64,000 nucleotides of DNA from Paecilomyces variotii (lineage: Eukaryota), in assembly GCA_004022145.1 (NCBI GenBank), contig RCNU01000016.1; one strand, written 5' to 3'. The notes beneath the pieces are model-generated. The model was not told the DNA's origin. It saw only the letters and a list, made by a program, of their open reading frames with translations, and made no database searches. Both the position numbers and the translations under genes were made by a program. Positions 25,701 to 39,321 of this stretch are shown one piece after another. Position 1 is the stretch's first letter. Each line of letters begins with the position of its first letter.

Positions 25701-28700
25701 ATAACGCGGAAGGGAGTTATACTTATAGAGGCATAGATTGAATTATTATATATAAACTCCACCATAGTTAATAAGGATGCCTAATTATCTTGCTTATAGT
25801 TTAAATAGACCCGGAGATAATACTTTAGCATCTAGTTCTACCTTTTAGTCTGGCTATTAGTCTAAGAGTAGAACGCAGTGCTTAGAAGTCTAATAATTTA
25901 AATACAGCGGTAAAGTTCTGTCCAATATTTACTAGTAAACAGCGCCCCCCTATCTAATATAATTAACTGTAGAGGTTTAAAGCGGTTATAAATATAATCT
26001 ATAATAAGGTCAGCTATCTTATCCGCCTTTAATATTTTATAGGTAAAGATATAAAGCGCTATTTTTAAATAGCGGTCTATAATTACTAATATTAAATTAT
26101 AGGTAACTTCTTATTTCTCTAACAGCGGCAGTCCTACTATAAAATCTATTAAAATACTCTACTATAGCTATGCTGGGATTAGCAGAGACTTTAGCTCTCT
26201 ATATAGCCTATATTATAGAGTTCAGTTTCTCTAGTAGATATTATATATAGATATATATTCTTGTATATCCTGTGCTATCTTAGGCTAATTAAATCTTCTT
26301 TAAAGCAGCTCTTTAGTTTTCTTAACACCTTAATATTCTATATAAAAATCGTTATAATATATTTAAAGGAGCTCTTACTTTATAGTAGATATATTTAGTA
26401 TAAATATAGTATTACCCTTTTATAGTAGTCCTTTGCTGTCTATTCTCTATATTATCTCTAAGCTATCTCTAGGAGTATATGCTTTTAGTTCCCTAGTTTT
26501 CTCTAAGATAAAGGCGTCCCTTACTTAAAGCTGCTTTAATATAAAAAATAGGCTAGGAGTTATAGCATCTTAAATAGACTCTTCCCTAATTACTCTAATA
26601 ACTAATATTCTTTATATTAAGTATTTTAGACTACCTATACCGCCCGCTTTAACAGGTTTATACTTTAGATTACTTTCCTATATATACTTATTCTAAGCTT
26701 TATACTAGAGCTTTTTCTAGAGAATTAGAAGTAATCCTATCTAGGATTTAGATTTAAATAGTTTAAAATCTGCCCTTCTAGACAGGGTATCTGCAATATT
26801 AAGCTATCCCGGCTTATATTTAATTTAAAAGTTATATACTGCTAATAGTTCTACCTACTGAGCTTATCTATTATTTAATATCTTTATAGTAAAGAAATAG
26901 CGCAAGTTTATATAATTACTCTGTACTTATATAGAGTATCTATTACCTTCTAAGTAGTAACGCTAATATTTAAAAGCATTAATAATAGCCAAGAGTTTTT
27001 AATTATAGACCTTATAATATGCCTCTATTTTAATAAACTTCTAGGCATAATATGCTATAGGATGCTAGTTCTTAGATATAGTTTATTAATCTGTCTGGGT
27101 TCTAATTCTTAGACTTATCTTTAACCCGGCGCCTAGAGCTATCTTATTACTATCTCCCTAAAAGAGTATAGCAGTAAGGGTAAATCCTAAAGTATTAATT
27201 GCTAATATTATTAGCTTCTCTAGATTAAAATACCTTAGCACTGGCAGAGTTATAAAAGCTAATTTTAGCTTATTAAATGCCTTCGCGGCTTCTCTAGTCT
27301 AAATAAATATCTTAGTTTTCTTCCTCCAGACGCTTCCTTTTAGCAGACTAGTTAGGGGAGCTATTTTTATAGAGTAGTTATAGATAAACCTTCTAAAGAA
27401 ACTAGCAAATCTTAGGAAGACTTAGACTTCCTTAAAGGATTTAGACTCCGGCTAATTTCTAATAGTTTCTATTCTGCTAGAATCTATTTCTATTTTATCT
27501 TTTCCTATAAAAAAACTAAGGAATTTAACTCTCTTCTTATAGAATTTATATTTAGATAACTTTATATATAATTTATGCTCTTATAGCCTCTTTAGGACCT
27601 ATATTATATATCTCTTATACTCCTTAATAGAATTAGAGAAAATTAAGATATTATCTAAATATACAATGTAATAAATATCTAATAACCCCTATAATGCCTA
27701 ATTAATATAGGCTTAAAAAGTAGCAGGCGCATTGCACAGGCTAAATAATATTACTAAGTATTTAAAGTATCTATAATAGGTTTAGAAGGCCGTCTTTTAT
27801 TTATCTCCTTAGCAGATTTAAATCTAATAATAAGTATCCCTAAGATTAAGCTTAATAAAGATCTTAGAGCTAACTAATCGGTTAAGCATTTTATTTACCC
27901 TAGGTAAAGGATATCTATTTTTTATGGTAATACTATTTAAAGCTCTATAGTTAATATAGAGTCTTAGTGTATTATCCGCCTTTAGAATAAATAGAACAGA
28001 TACCCCTATAAGACTAGTTAATAATTATATCTAACCCTTCTATTATATATCTTTAAGATATTTATGCAAAATATCTAATTCTTTAGCAGAGAGGTTATAA
28101 AATCTATTCTATAGAGGCGCCTTACTATCTAGAAGTTTAATCTTATGTTTACCTGTCTCGGTGGGTAATATGCTCGCATCCTTCTCTAAGAAGACCTTAG
28201 TATACTTTTTATATTCTAGAGGTAGGTCTTTAGGAGCAATGGGGTTAATTTAGTCCTTATAGAGCATATAGATTATCTCTCTTCTTACTATCTTAGAGAA
28301 TTATTAAGTGCTTTTAATCTTTACCTATAGCTAATATAGAATATAATATCTTTAAGTTATTAACTCCTAATCTACAATAGGATTTACAGTATATAACTAT
28401 AATTTCCCAAGGATAATACTTAATCTAGGCATTAAAATAATATAAAAGTATATCTTTACCTTCTCTATTATTTTTTCGGAGTTAGTAATATAAATCTCTG
28501 CTTTAAATAATCTATACTTCTGAATTTTATACCTATTAACAGATTTAAAGTTTATATACTGCTAGAAGTTTAAAGGAATTCTATAATATATAGCTATATC
28601 TAGGCTAATATAATAGCGGGCTGATCCAGAATTAATAAAGGCCTTATCTTTAAATATACTATTAGAAAGGTGCAGTTATACTAGAGTATATAAAGATTCT

Positions 28701-30253
28701 TCCTTTAGCTCGGACCCTTTATTATAAAAGGCTATAATAGTCTTAGGTTTTTTTTTCTTAGAAGGGTCTTTCTTTTTCAGGCATAATTTAGATCTCTATA
28801 TATAGCCTGTTTTATTATAATTAAAGCAGCAGCCTTCTTTTTTAAGCTAATCTTATTCTGCTGGCAATTTAAATTTTTTCTTCTTTTAGAGTTTAGTTAA
28901 CTCCGCATGTTAATTATTAGTCTCCTTCCTCTTTTATCTTAGGGGGGAGTCCTTTAGCGCGTTCTATATTAATCTACTTGCGTTTAGCGGAGTAAGTTAA
29001 CTTATAGTCTTATTCTTCTTCTGGTTCGTCTCCTAATTAGTGGCTAAAGACACTAATTGGTTAAGATTTATTAGGAGGTCTTAATAGTTTAATAACCCTA
29101 TTTAAACCTCGAGTCGGAGTTTCGCGTAAAAGATATAAGACTAGATAATTCTATTGTTATTAAACCCTTTACCCTAATTTAACTCTGCTTAAGCCTGCTT
29201 AAAATAGTATAGGAAGGCTTAGGCAGTTTAATTAGGATATTAAATTAAGGTATAAAAGCAATTTATTATATTCTATCCTTAATAATATAGATTATTAAGC
29301 AAATCCAGCAACTAACCTTTAAATCCTTCCTAGGTTAGTATCTAGAAGTTAGGATCCTCCTGCCAGTAGATCTAAGACTAAGCTAGTTCCTTATCTAGTA
29401 ACGCTGCGGTATAGGTAATCTTCTCGGCTTTATCTTTAAATGATAAAGCATTATAAGCTAAGTATTTATTTATATACTGGCACTACTAGTGATAGGTATT
29501 AAGCGTAGTAGCTTTATACTTCTGCGGTTCTGGCAGCTTAAGCCTTAGCCGCTTACTAGTATAACTAGCGGTGAGAAGCTATAGGAGGTCTCTCTTTATT
29601 AACAGTTTATCTTCTGTTTAAGCTCGCTCTATCCCTAGGCCTGTTAGAGTATCTCCTGGGGTTTGTGAGCTAGCTTCAGCAATTGGTTATTGCGAGCTAG
29701 GTTTAGCACTCTTTGAACCCTTTGAAGTATGCACTATAGGCTAAGCGCTAGAACCCTCGTCCTCTGAGTCATGGGGTATATCGGTACTGCTACTTATATC
29801 GCTAGGGCGAGCGATCCGAACTATAAGGAATGGGGGTTCCTGGGGGTTACTGACAAATTATTCTGCCAGCAATTATAGCGAGAGGGGTAGCAGCTTTATA
29901 TATCTAGCTCGGAGAAGGGTCTACCGGCAAGATAAAGAGTTAACCATTGTGATAAAGGGTCTAACCGGTATAGAGAAGGGTTTATGCCGGAGGGTTCTAA
30001 TAGTAAAGAGTTTATATAAGTAAGGAAATAGTAGGGTATATATTATATTAGAACGGATTGCTGGCTTCTAGTAAGACAGTAATTTAGAGCCTGTTTATAT
30101 TCTAAATCTTAAGCACTTCCTAGCTTTATCTTATATAAATCCTAAAAGCGGGGAGAGCGGGGTTTAACTAATTACCTCGGCATTATGTTCAGATTTAGGG
30201 CTTCGCTGCAGTCCTGCGAGCTCATGCCCTAGCGGGGGGCTAGGGGCATGATA
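22733..30253 (-). mobile_element. Chromovirus (Ty3/Gypsy) family B, copy B1, inserted in A1 gag
   Basis: 432-bp LTRs 22733-23164 and 29822-30253; 5-bp TSD CTAAT; reverse PPT at 23165-23180. On the minus strand: gag from ~29797, CCHC knuckle ~28780-28830, protease DSGS ~28625, RT CNAPATFQ and YLDD ~27650-27745, chromodomain EWEIEAIL...QYLIKWKGYP..ENSW ~25135-25275. Confidence 0.95.
23430..24831 (+). pseudogene. Spliced antisense accessory gene of B1 encoding a ~400-aa protein with a Cys6 motif
   Basis: Intron-like 23530-23576 (GTAAGT..GCTAAT..TAG) and 23631-23679 (ATAAGT, read as a RIP-mutated GTAAGT donor..CTGAT..TAG). An 18-codon exon splices in frame to one continuous frame 23680-24831 with de-RIP C-x2-C-x11-C-x8-C-x2-C-x6-C at ~24346-24450. 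Confidence 0.65.
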
Positions 30254-33200
30254 CTAATAACTTTAAATAAGTTAAACTAATACTTATAGGGAGTTTAATA
30301 TCTTTAAAAACTTTTAAAGAAGCTTAAGCAGCAAATAGCTTAGGAGTTAAATATAGACTACTATATTTTATCTACTATTAAATATATTAATTTCTATAAG
30401 AAGATAATAGATAGAGTAAGAATAATTAAAACCTTTTACTATCTTAATAATAATAAATTAAAGAAAGATTAAGATATAATAGCTTTAATAAAGGAGAAAG
30501 TAACTAAAGAAGATAATATATAATTTCTTATTAAATTTAATAAAACCTATTTAAATAAAAATAAGAATAAGACTAAATAATAAAATATTAAAGTAAAGTT
30601 AATAAAGCAGTTATAGATTAATTAGTTAATAAAAGAGTTTAAAAAGTTAAAACTATATAATATATAGTATATAGAGAGGCCTAATAATAATATATCTAAT
30701 ATTAGCATAAATATATAAGCTAAGGCGCCTTTAAGATTTAACCTAATTAAAGGATTTAGAATACTTCTAAACTTATATAACTTCTACTAAGCTCCTAATT
30801 ATATTTAATCTTATTACTTAGATTTAAAAAGCCTCTTAAATTAAAAGCTTATCTATTAAGAAAAAAACTATAAACTTTACTTTAAGCTAAAAAGATAGAA
30901 TAAAGAAGTTATTTATCTTATATAGGAGAATATATTATAAAAGGAGATTATTAAACAGAGACTAAAGAAAGAGTAAAGAAATATTAGCTTAATTAGGTAT
31001 AATATCTAGTCAATTATATTAGGATAGCCTAAGGATAACTTAAGCTCTAAGGAAGAAGCTGGGGATATTATAGAAAATTATTACTCTATTAATATAATAA
31101 GATTAGATAAGTCTTAAGGAGTAAAAAAAAGGTAAAGCAGGACTAAATAACTATATAAAGAAAAATTACAAAAAATAATTAAATAGGAATAGAGATTTTC
31201 TTTAGTTAAGATAAACTAATTTAGCAATTATTAGTCTTTAAGCATAATTAAAAAAGTAAAGATAATTAAAAAAGAAATAAAGGATACGCCTAAGCAGAAT
31301 AAGAATAAAAAGATTGTTAAAATAAAAGAAAAACAGAAATTAAAGAGATTTAAAGTTATAGATAAGCTAAAAAGGACTATTAATATAATAGAGGTTATAA
31401 ACTAGATATTAAATACTAGAGTTTAGATATTAATTTAAGACCTTATTAGTCTATTTCTTAATTTATATAAGGCCTTATTTACCTTATAACTGTAGCAGAT
31501 AATAATAAAGGCAATATTTTATAATATTAAAGGAGTATAGTTTAATACCTCTATATTAAATATAGAGTATATAGTAAATAGTATAAATTAATATACTTAT
31601 ATATCCTTATAACTTAAGCCTCTTAATAAAGATAAGGTACTATATGCGGCTATAACTCTAAAGTTATTAATTAGAATTAATAGTTATAAAGAGATATAAA
31701 ATATTATAGTAGATAGTAAAGCCGAAATTAATATAATATATAGAGATATAGTAAATTACTATAAATTTATTATAAGCTAGAAATTTAAAGATAATATAAT
31801 ATTAGCAAATAGTAAGTAAACCCTTTTTATAAATCTTTATAAAGAGGTACCTATATAAGTAAGATCTTTTTATTATAAGGTCTCTTTTTTTATAATAAAT
31901 AATAAGATTAACTATAATTATATTTTAGGACGGCCTTTTAAGCATTAAGTATATTTATAGTATATTACTCTATTAAATAAGATAGTAGAAAGTATAATTT
32001 ACTCTATAAACTAAAAGAATTAAGCTATTATTTAAGTATTTTTAATAGATAACTTAAGAAATAAGTTAAAAGAAGAGGTATTATATAATCTATTATCCCG
32101 GGCATAAGAGTTATTAAACTAAAGCTAGAAAAAAATAATAAATACTAGACTAAGAATAGAGAAGGCCTGCGGGAGCTATACTTAATAAATAATATTAGCT
32201 TTAGAATAAGCAAGAAAATTAAAAGCAAAGGGGTAGGGATATTTAAACCTATTAAATTAAATAAAGGAGTTAAAAAGTTATAGGAGTATAAACTATCTAG
32301 AAGATATAACCTTTTTACTATAAAAATAAAATATTCTATTAATATATAGTATAAGAAAAAATATAAAAAGATTTATCTAATAAATATATTAAACAGACTT
32401 ATAATAGCTTTAGGGGGATTATTAAAATAAAAAGAAATTATTAAAGAGCGCTATTATAAAAACCCTTAAAAAAATATAAAAAAAATATATAGAGGATTTA
32501 CTAAATATATCTAGCTAAAGATATTAAATATTAAGAAAGGAATAAGATTAATACTAGACTGTCTGAAAAACCTTATTATAGATAATAATTTATAGCTAAG
32601 AGAGAAAGAACTATTAATAGAGGTACTTTTTATTTAAAAAGCAGTCCTTATCTAGATCTTTAAAAAGATTAGATAAATATATCCGGAAGTTATATCTTTA
32701 ATTATTATTCAGACTATAGATTATAAACTATAGTAAGTAAAAAGCTTCCTAGTACTAAAGGTACTCTATAATATAATATAAAAAATAGTAAAAGAGAGAA
32801 TAAATATAGGGATCCTTAAATATAGTTAAGGACCTTATTAAAATCTATAATTCTTAGTAAAAAAAAAGTAGTAAATATTAGCTAATTAATATAGCTATAA
32901 AAATTAATTAAGTAATAATATAAAATGCTAATCTGCCTCCTTTAGCTAATAAATTCTTAGAAAAGTTTAATAAAATACTAGTATTAATACTTATAGACTT
33001 ATTCTCTAAGTATAATTAATTAAAATTAGCTAAGGAATTGTGAGACTTAATAGCTTTCTATATACTAGAGATTAGTTTAGTTTATTAAACTAGATTATCT
33101 TAAAGATAAATAAATACAATATAGGAGTTTATATAAGAAGTTATAAGAATATTAATAAATAATATTTTTAATATCTGTAATATATTTCTAAATAATATAT

Positions 33201-36039
33201 TAATATAAGGACCTAAGACTAATTATAGGGGGGAAGAGACGCTACCGGGAATTAAAAGGTTTATATTTAAATATATCTAGAATATTAATAAAGTACTATA
33301 TAGTCTTAAATTTATAAGTTTAATAATTACTAAAGAGAAATTATAATTTGCAGTATTAGGAATTAAAGTAATAGGCTATATATATAATGCTAAGGGGAGA
33401 TATCTTAAGTTAGCTAAGGTAATTAAGATCTTAAAGTAGCTACTTTATTAGAACTTATAAAAAATAAAAGGATTTCTAGAGATTATAGCTTATTACTAGA
33501 TATAGATTAAAAGATATATTATTAAAGCTAAGCTGATATACTTAATACTAAAGAAGAGATAAGACTTCCTTTAAAGGCTAAAATAATAAGAAATAATAGA
33601 TATTTTAAAAGTAGCCCTAATAATAATACCGGTATTTAAGCTAATTAACTATAGAGAAGGAGGCATAATTATTATTAATACTAATGCCAGTAGTAATAGA
33701 TAGAGAGCTTAACTTACTTAAAAAAAAAGAGTTTAATAAGAGATACCTAGCTAAATATAAAAGTAAAGTATAGATATAGGTAAAGAGGCAATATAATAAA
33801 AGAAAGCTAGAATATAGGGCAGTATTAAAGGCGCTTTATAAATTCTAAGCATATTTATATAATATATACTTTTAATTAAAGATAGATATAAAAACTCTAG
33901 TAGTATAACTAAATAAAATAGTTATAAATCTCTTTAAATTAATAATTACTTAATAGATTACTTAAATTTAGCTATTTAACTTTAATATCGTCTATATATT
34001 AGAAAAAAAAAACTTAGTTATAAATAGATTATCTTAGAAGCCAGTAATAGAATAAAACCTAAAAGAGGCAGAAGATAATAATATAGAGAAATTCCTAGAC
34101 TTATAGTTTTATATAATCTATTATATTAATATATAAAAGATAGAATTAAATAATATCCCTTAGTTAATACTTATATTATATTAGTTAAAAAAATCTTTAC
34201 TAATTATAGAATAATTATAAATTATAATAAAACTAGATAATATAAATAAAAGATAATATACTAAGTTTAAGAAAAAGGCCTTAAAATACATAGTCTAAGA
34301 TAATATACTTTTCTAGAGAGTATAATAAAATCAGCCTTACTATATAGTTATTAATAATAAAGAAAAGTAAAAAAAAAATTCTTATAGCCCTTTATAAAGA
34401 GTATAAATATTATAAGCATAAAATAACTTATTAAAAGATAGCTAATTAATATTAGTAAAAAGGCCTATATAAGTATATTGCTAAATAAGTAAAGATATAT
34501 AATAAATACTAGAAAGTAGATAAAGAATATATAGAAGAAGCTTTATAATTAATATTTATTTTATTAGGGAGATTAAAGGCTTTTAAAGCTATACTTAAAT
34601 ATCTATAAGATTATACTGCTTAGTAAAAAAAAGACTTATATTATTATACTTTAGGATAACTTCGGCTAAGTTAAATATAGAGTTCTTAATAGCCTTACTT
34701 TAGGAGCTATTACTAAATTCTTATAAAAAGACTAGATTTATTATTAGAGAATAATAGAGACTCTTATTAATAATAAAAGACTAGAGAATAAAGTTATAAT
34801 TAATATATTAGTATAGAAGTATAAGATTAACCGCATTAAAATCTTACTATATAATCTGTAAGCAAATAAAATAGTTAAAGTTATATATAAGTCCTTTATA
34901 TATAGTATTAAAAAATTTATAAAAGAAATAGGGGTAAATTAAATAAATTACCTATTAACAGTAATCTAGGCAGATAAAAATATAGTTAAGACCTCTATAG
35001 GCTTAATAAGTTAATACTATTTAGAGTAATTATAAGATATAATACTATATTGCTAATTAAATTAGAAGTACCTATCTAGAAGACTTTAGTATAGGATAAG
35101 GTTAAGATTATAAAAGATCTTCTACTCCTTTATATATAATAAATAGAGCTCTAAGATTAGGATATAGAAGAGGCCTAACTTTATATCTAATATATAAGAA
35201 AAACTAGTAAAGAAGTCTTTAATAATAAGAAATAGCTTTATAAAGAATAACTAATAAAAGAATAGCTTATTCTGCTTTATAATATAAAGCTTAAGATATC
35301 TTACTCTATAAAACTAGTATATTACTAGCTTAGACTATATAAGATTAAAAAAGTCCTTAAGAAAGAATCTTATAAGCTTAAGGAGTTAAATAATATATCT
35401 TTTAGGGACCCGATTTATAGAAATTACTTAAAAGGCTATTATTTATAAAAGAATTAAAATAAAATACTAACTGCAAGTAATAATATAGTACTTAAGTAAG
35501 AAAATTAGCAATTAAGTAATAATAATAATAATATAGACTAAATACTACCTAGATTAAAATATATAGTTATAGTTCTAGTATTCTCCTTCTAAAAATATTA
35601 GCTTAAAAAAAGGAAAATAAAAAGCTAGTAGTAAAGTAAGTTTAATACTAAATAAGGAATTAATATAAAAGAAGAAGAAATAAAAGAATAATAATAAAAT
35701 AAATATTAGTGCTATAATAGGAATAGAAGAAGGATAAACTTAAAATAAGAGCATCTTTTTTAGGGGAGAGGAAGAATTTAAAGATACCTAATAATAATTA
35801 AGAAAGAAAAAAAAAGAGATAACTAAAAAATATATAATATTAGCTTAAATATCTTAAAAAAGTCTATAAATAAAGCTAAAAATAAAAAATATTAGATAAA
35901 GAATATAAGTAATAAATAAAGAATTCTTACCTTATTATAAAAATCTTACTTTTTATATTATATAATATTATAGCGGAAGTAACTAGAGACTAAATTAAGC
36001 TAAACTTAACTTTATCTTATCTTTTAAGTATATCTTTTT

Positions 36040-38977
36040 ATTTAGAAATTATTTTAAAGAGTTACTCTATAAAGATATATATTAAAAATAGAAGAAAATA
36101 TACTAGAAATATAAAATATTATTTATTAAGATAAAGCTCTTTAATTTAGAATATATATATATACTATAATTAGGGAAATTTATAAACTTATAAAGGAGAT
36201 AATAAGTAGGGCTAATAATAAAGAAGAGAAGGTTTAGTTTATAAGCAATATAATAGTAATTATTTTAAATTTTTAAAGCAGGTATAATAAAGCAGCTAGT
36301 AATTTTTATAATTTTCTAAATTAATAGGAGCTATTAAAAGAAGTAAGAAAGAAAGAAATACTAGCTATTAATAAATTAAAAGAATTAAAAATATAAGCAG
36401 AAAAGAACTATAAATATACTAATAAAGATTACTATAAAGTTATAGAGAAATAAAATTAAGAGACTATAGACTAAGTCTTATTAATTATTAAATAATTATA
36501 CTAGACTTTAGTAGCTATAGGAGGATTAGCATCTAATACTAGAGACTAAAGAATAGCAGCTATATATCTAGTAAAAATATAGATTAATAAACTTTATAAT
36601 ATTAAGAGATAAGAAATATTAACTAAAAAGAGCCTTTAACTAATTAATATTAGAAAGGCAAGAGATATTTTAAGAAAAGCCCTTAATAAAAAAGGATTAA
36701 TTTTTTAAAAGTCTATTAATAAAGAGCTATAAAAGGTTAAAATAAGAATAAGAAAAAATAATCTTCTAGAGGAGATTATAGGAGAAGAGAAAAAATATAA
36801 AATAAAAGATTTAGATAAGAGCTTATTAATAAATCTAATATTAAATAAAAAAAAGAAAAGTATAAAGAAAGAGAAGAAAGAGAAAAAAAGGACTAAAAAT
36901 CCTAAGAAGCTAAAAAGAGAAAAAAAGCTTAAGATTTAAGATAAGGGGAAATAGCTAAAAAAAAGATATAAATATAAGATTAGTATATTTATATTAATAA
37001 AAAAGGCTATTATTAACTTAAAAGGCAAAAAAGTATTAAAATTTTTAAGGGAAGAAAGGATTAAACCTGCCGTTATATATTAAGTTTATATTAAAGAAGT
37101 ATAAAGCGTAATAAGATTAAGAAGTATAGAAGATAATATCCTTAGAGAAAGATTAAAAATACTTATAGATAGTAATAATAATCTTAAATACTAGAATACT
37201 AATATAGACTACTGGAAATAGTTTTAAGGGGAATAAAGACTTAATACTAACTTTAAGGCTTATTACTATCTAGATAAGAAAGAAACTAAAGTATAGTCTT
37301 AGCTAAATAGACTAAATATAAGTATTAAGAAGGTTAAAGAAGTCTTATAGTAGGTTAATTCTAGGAAAATTAACTTAATCTATAAGCCTTATATATAATT
37401 GTTGGCCAATATAATTAATATAAAAAAAATATATTTATAAAAAAAGCTAGAGGAGTATTAAAAATAGTTAGAAATATAAAGCTAGCAATAATAAAATAGC
37501 GAAAAAAGAAATTATTTAGAGTAATAACTTATTTTTATAAAAGTTTATTTAAAGAAATTAAATAGTCTATAAGTAAAACTTCTAAAAATAAATAGGCAAT
37601 AGAATCTCCTAATAAAGCCTTAAGAACTAATATAAAGCCCTTCTTTTCTATAGTAAACCTAGAAGACCCCTTTATTAAGAAAGAAACTAGGCATTTAAAA
37701 GATATATAGAATACTAGAACTATATAATTTAAAAATAATATAGAGGCTAAGTAAATATTAAATATACTTAGCAACAGCTAAATTAAAGGAAGAATAAAAA
37801 GTCTTATTCTAGGAAATCTTAAAAGTATAAAAGATAGAGATAATATAGAAGTTAAAGAATCTTTATCTAAAGACCTTTTCCCTAAGAAATCCCTAGCATT
37901 AAAGATAGTTTAACTGTTTAGAGATCTTAAGTTAATTAATATAGATACTTCTAGTAATATACCTAGCAGCTTATATTATAAAGCCTAAAATAACCTATAT
38001 AGGGCTAAAGAGTATCTTAAATCTAAATATAGGGATAAAAAATATTTTAACCTAAGCAAAGAAGACTTTACCCTAAATAAGATATAGGACTAATATATTC
38101 AGTTAAATATTATAATAAAAAAGGACTTTAATTATTAGGAAATAAATAGAGTTTTTTAAATTATACTCTTTAAAAAGAAATTAATAAAAGAGATATTATA
38201 ATATACTATTATAGAAGTAAAAGCAGCTCTTTATTATAAATTTATAAGAAGGAAAGTAAAGGATTAATAAGGCTTAAGAACTTATCTAGAAGTATTCTTT
38301 AGAAAGTTATTATATAAAATATCTAGGTCTATTTAATCTAGTTAGCACTATATAATTATAGCAAATATAGGTTACAGGTCTAATATTTTAGAGGATATAA
38401 GCTAAGAGTATTAAATATAGAGACTATAATTCTTAAGGGAGAAATAGGCTAGAGCTTTATAACCCTAAAGACTAGATTAATTACTAGAGATAAGTCTAAG
38501 GAAACTATAGGCTTAAAAAATATTATACTTAAGCAGGGAGAAGTAACCTTTATTAGCAATCTATATTAGCTAATACTAGAGAATTAAGGAATAAATCTTA
38601 ATAATATCTGCTGTTTTAATTATAAAGAATAAAATAAGATAAGATTTAACTAAGGAGAATCTAGGCCTTTTAATATCTAGGTAAATAAAGTTATAGCTAT
38701 AAGTAAAGTAATACTTAATTAGTTAAACTAGGATTGCTTAAAAGTTAAAGTAAAGCTATACTTTATATTAAAGCAAGATATATTATTAGTCTGAGATTAT
38801 CTATAGAGAAAAGGAACTCAGCTTTATAAATTAAGAGTTTTAAGATATATATAATACTAAAAACTAGAGTATTCCTGCTTTAAGAATAATTTATAGTATT
38901 AAAAGGAGGAAATAATATAAACTATAATAATTAAGGAAGATAAACGGGAATATCTACTCTTAGAGAAGGGGAGGCTA
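36040..38977 (+). pseudogene. A1 extra 3' ORF (after pol, before the PPT)
   Basis: Colinear with the A2 copy at 56221-59158; one frame with RIP-type stops, apart from an 8-bp insertion at ~38240. Confidence 0.6.
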
Positions 38978-39321
38978 TATAATAGGGAGAATTAGTGCAA
39001 AGAATATAATTAGTTAAGAGGTTATATACTTTTACTTAAAGTCTTTAAAAAGTCTATAAATAAAGTAGGAGAGGAGAAAAAAAAATAAGAAGAAGATAAT
39101 ACCTTTTAATTATTTAGAATAAAATAATTAGCTTTTCCTTTCTATTATTATTTAGTATTAGTTTAGTATTAGATTATTATTAGTTTACTATATTAGTCTA
39201 TAGCTAGAGCTTCTCCTTTAGCTCTACTCTAAGCTCTAAAGCCGAATAACCTTTCTCTTCTTTCTTAATACTTACTCGCTTAAAGACTTTATGCTAAGTT
39301 TTAATATATCTTCCTATAATA
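38978..39321 (+). repeat. A1 3' LTR
   Basis: Preceded by the PPT, followed by TSD ATAC. Confidence 0.92.

Larger units (their letters stand above)
21493..39321 (+). mobile_element. Ty3/Gypsy LTR retrotransposon family A, copy A1 (~10.3 kb without nested B1)
   Basis: LTRs 21493-21835 (TGTAGT...CAACA) and 38978-39321; 4-bp TSD ATAC on both sides; polypurine tract (PPT) ~38962-38975; protease V-D-S-x-A-E ~31707; RT FLDD-x3-GPKTDYGGEETLPGI ~33187. Confidence 0.93.

Noticed and set aside
37535-37774. 79-aa hydrophobic ORF (-)
   Set aside because: RIP artefact (I/L/F/Y-rich) antisense to the A1 accessory ORF.
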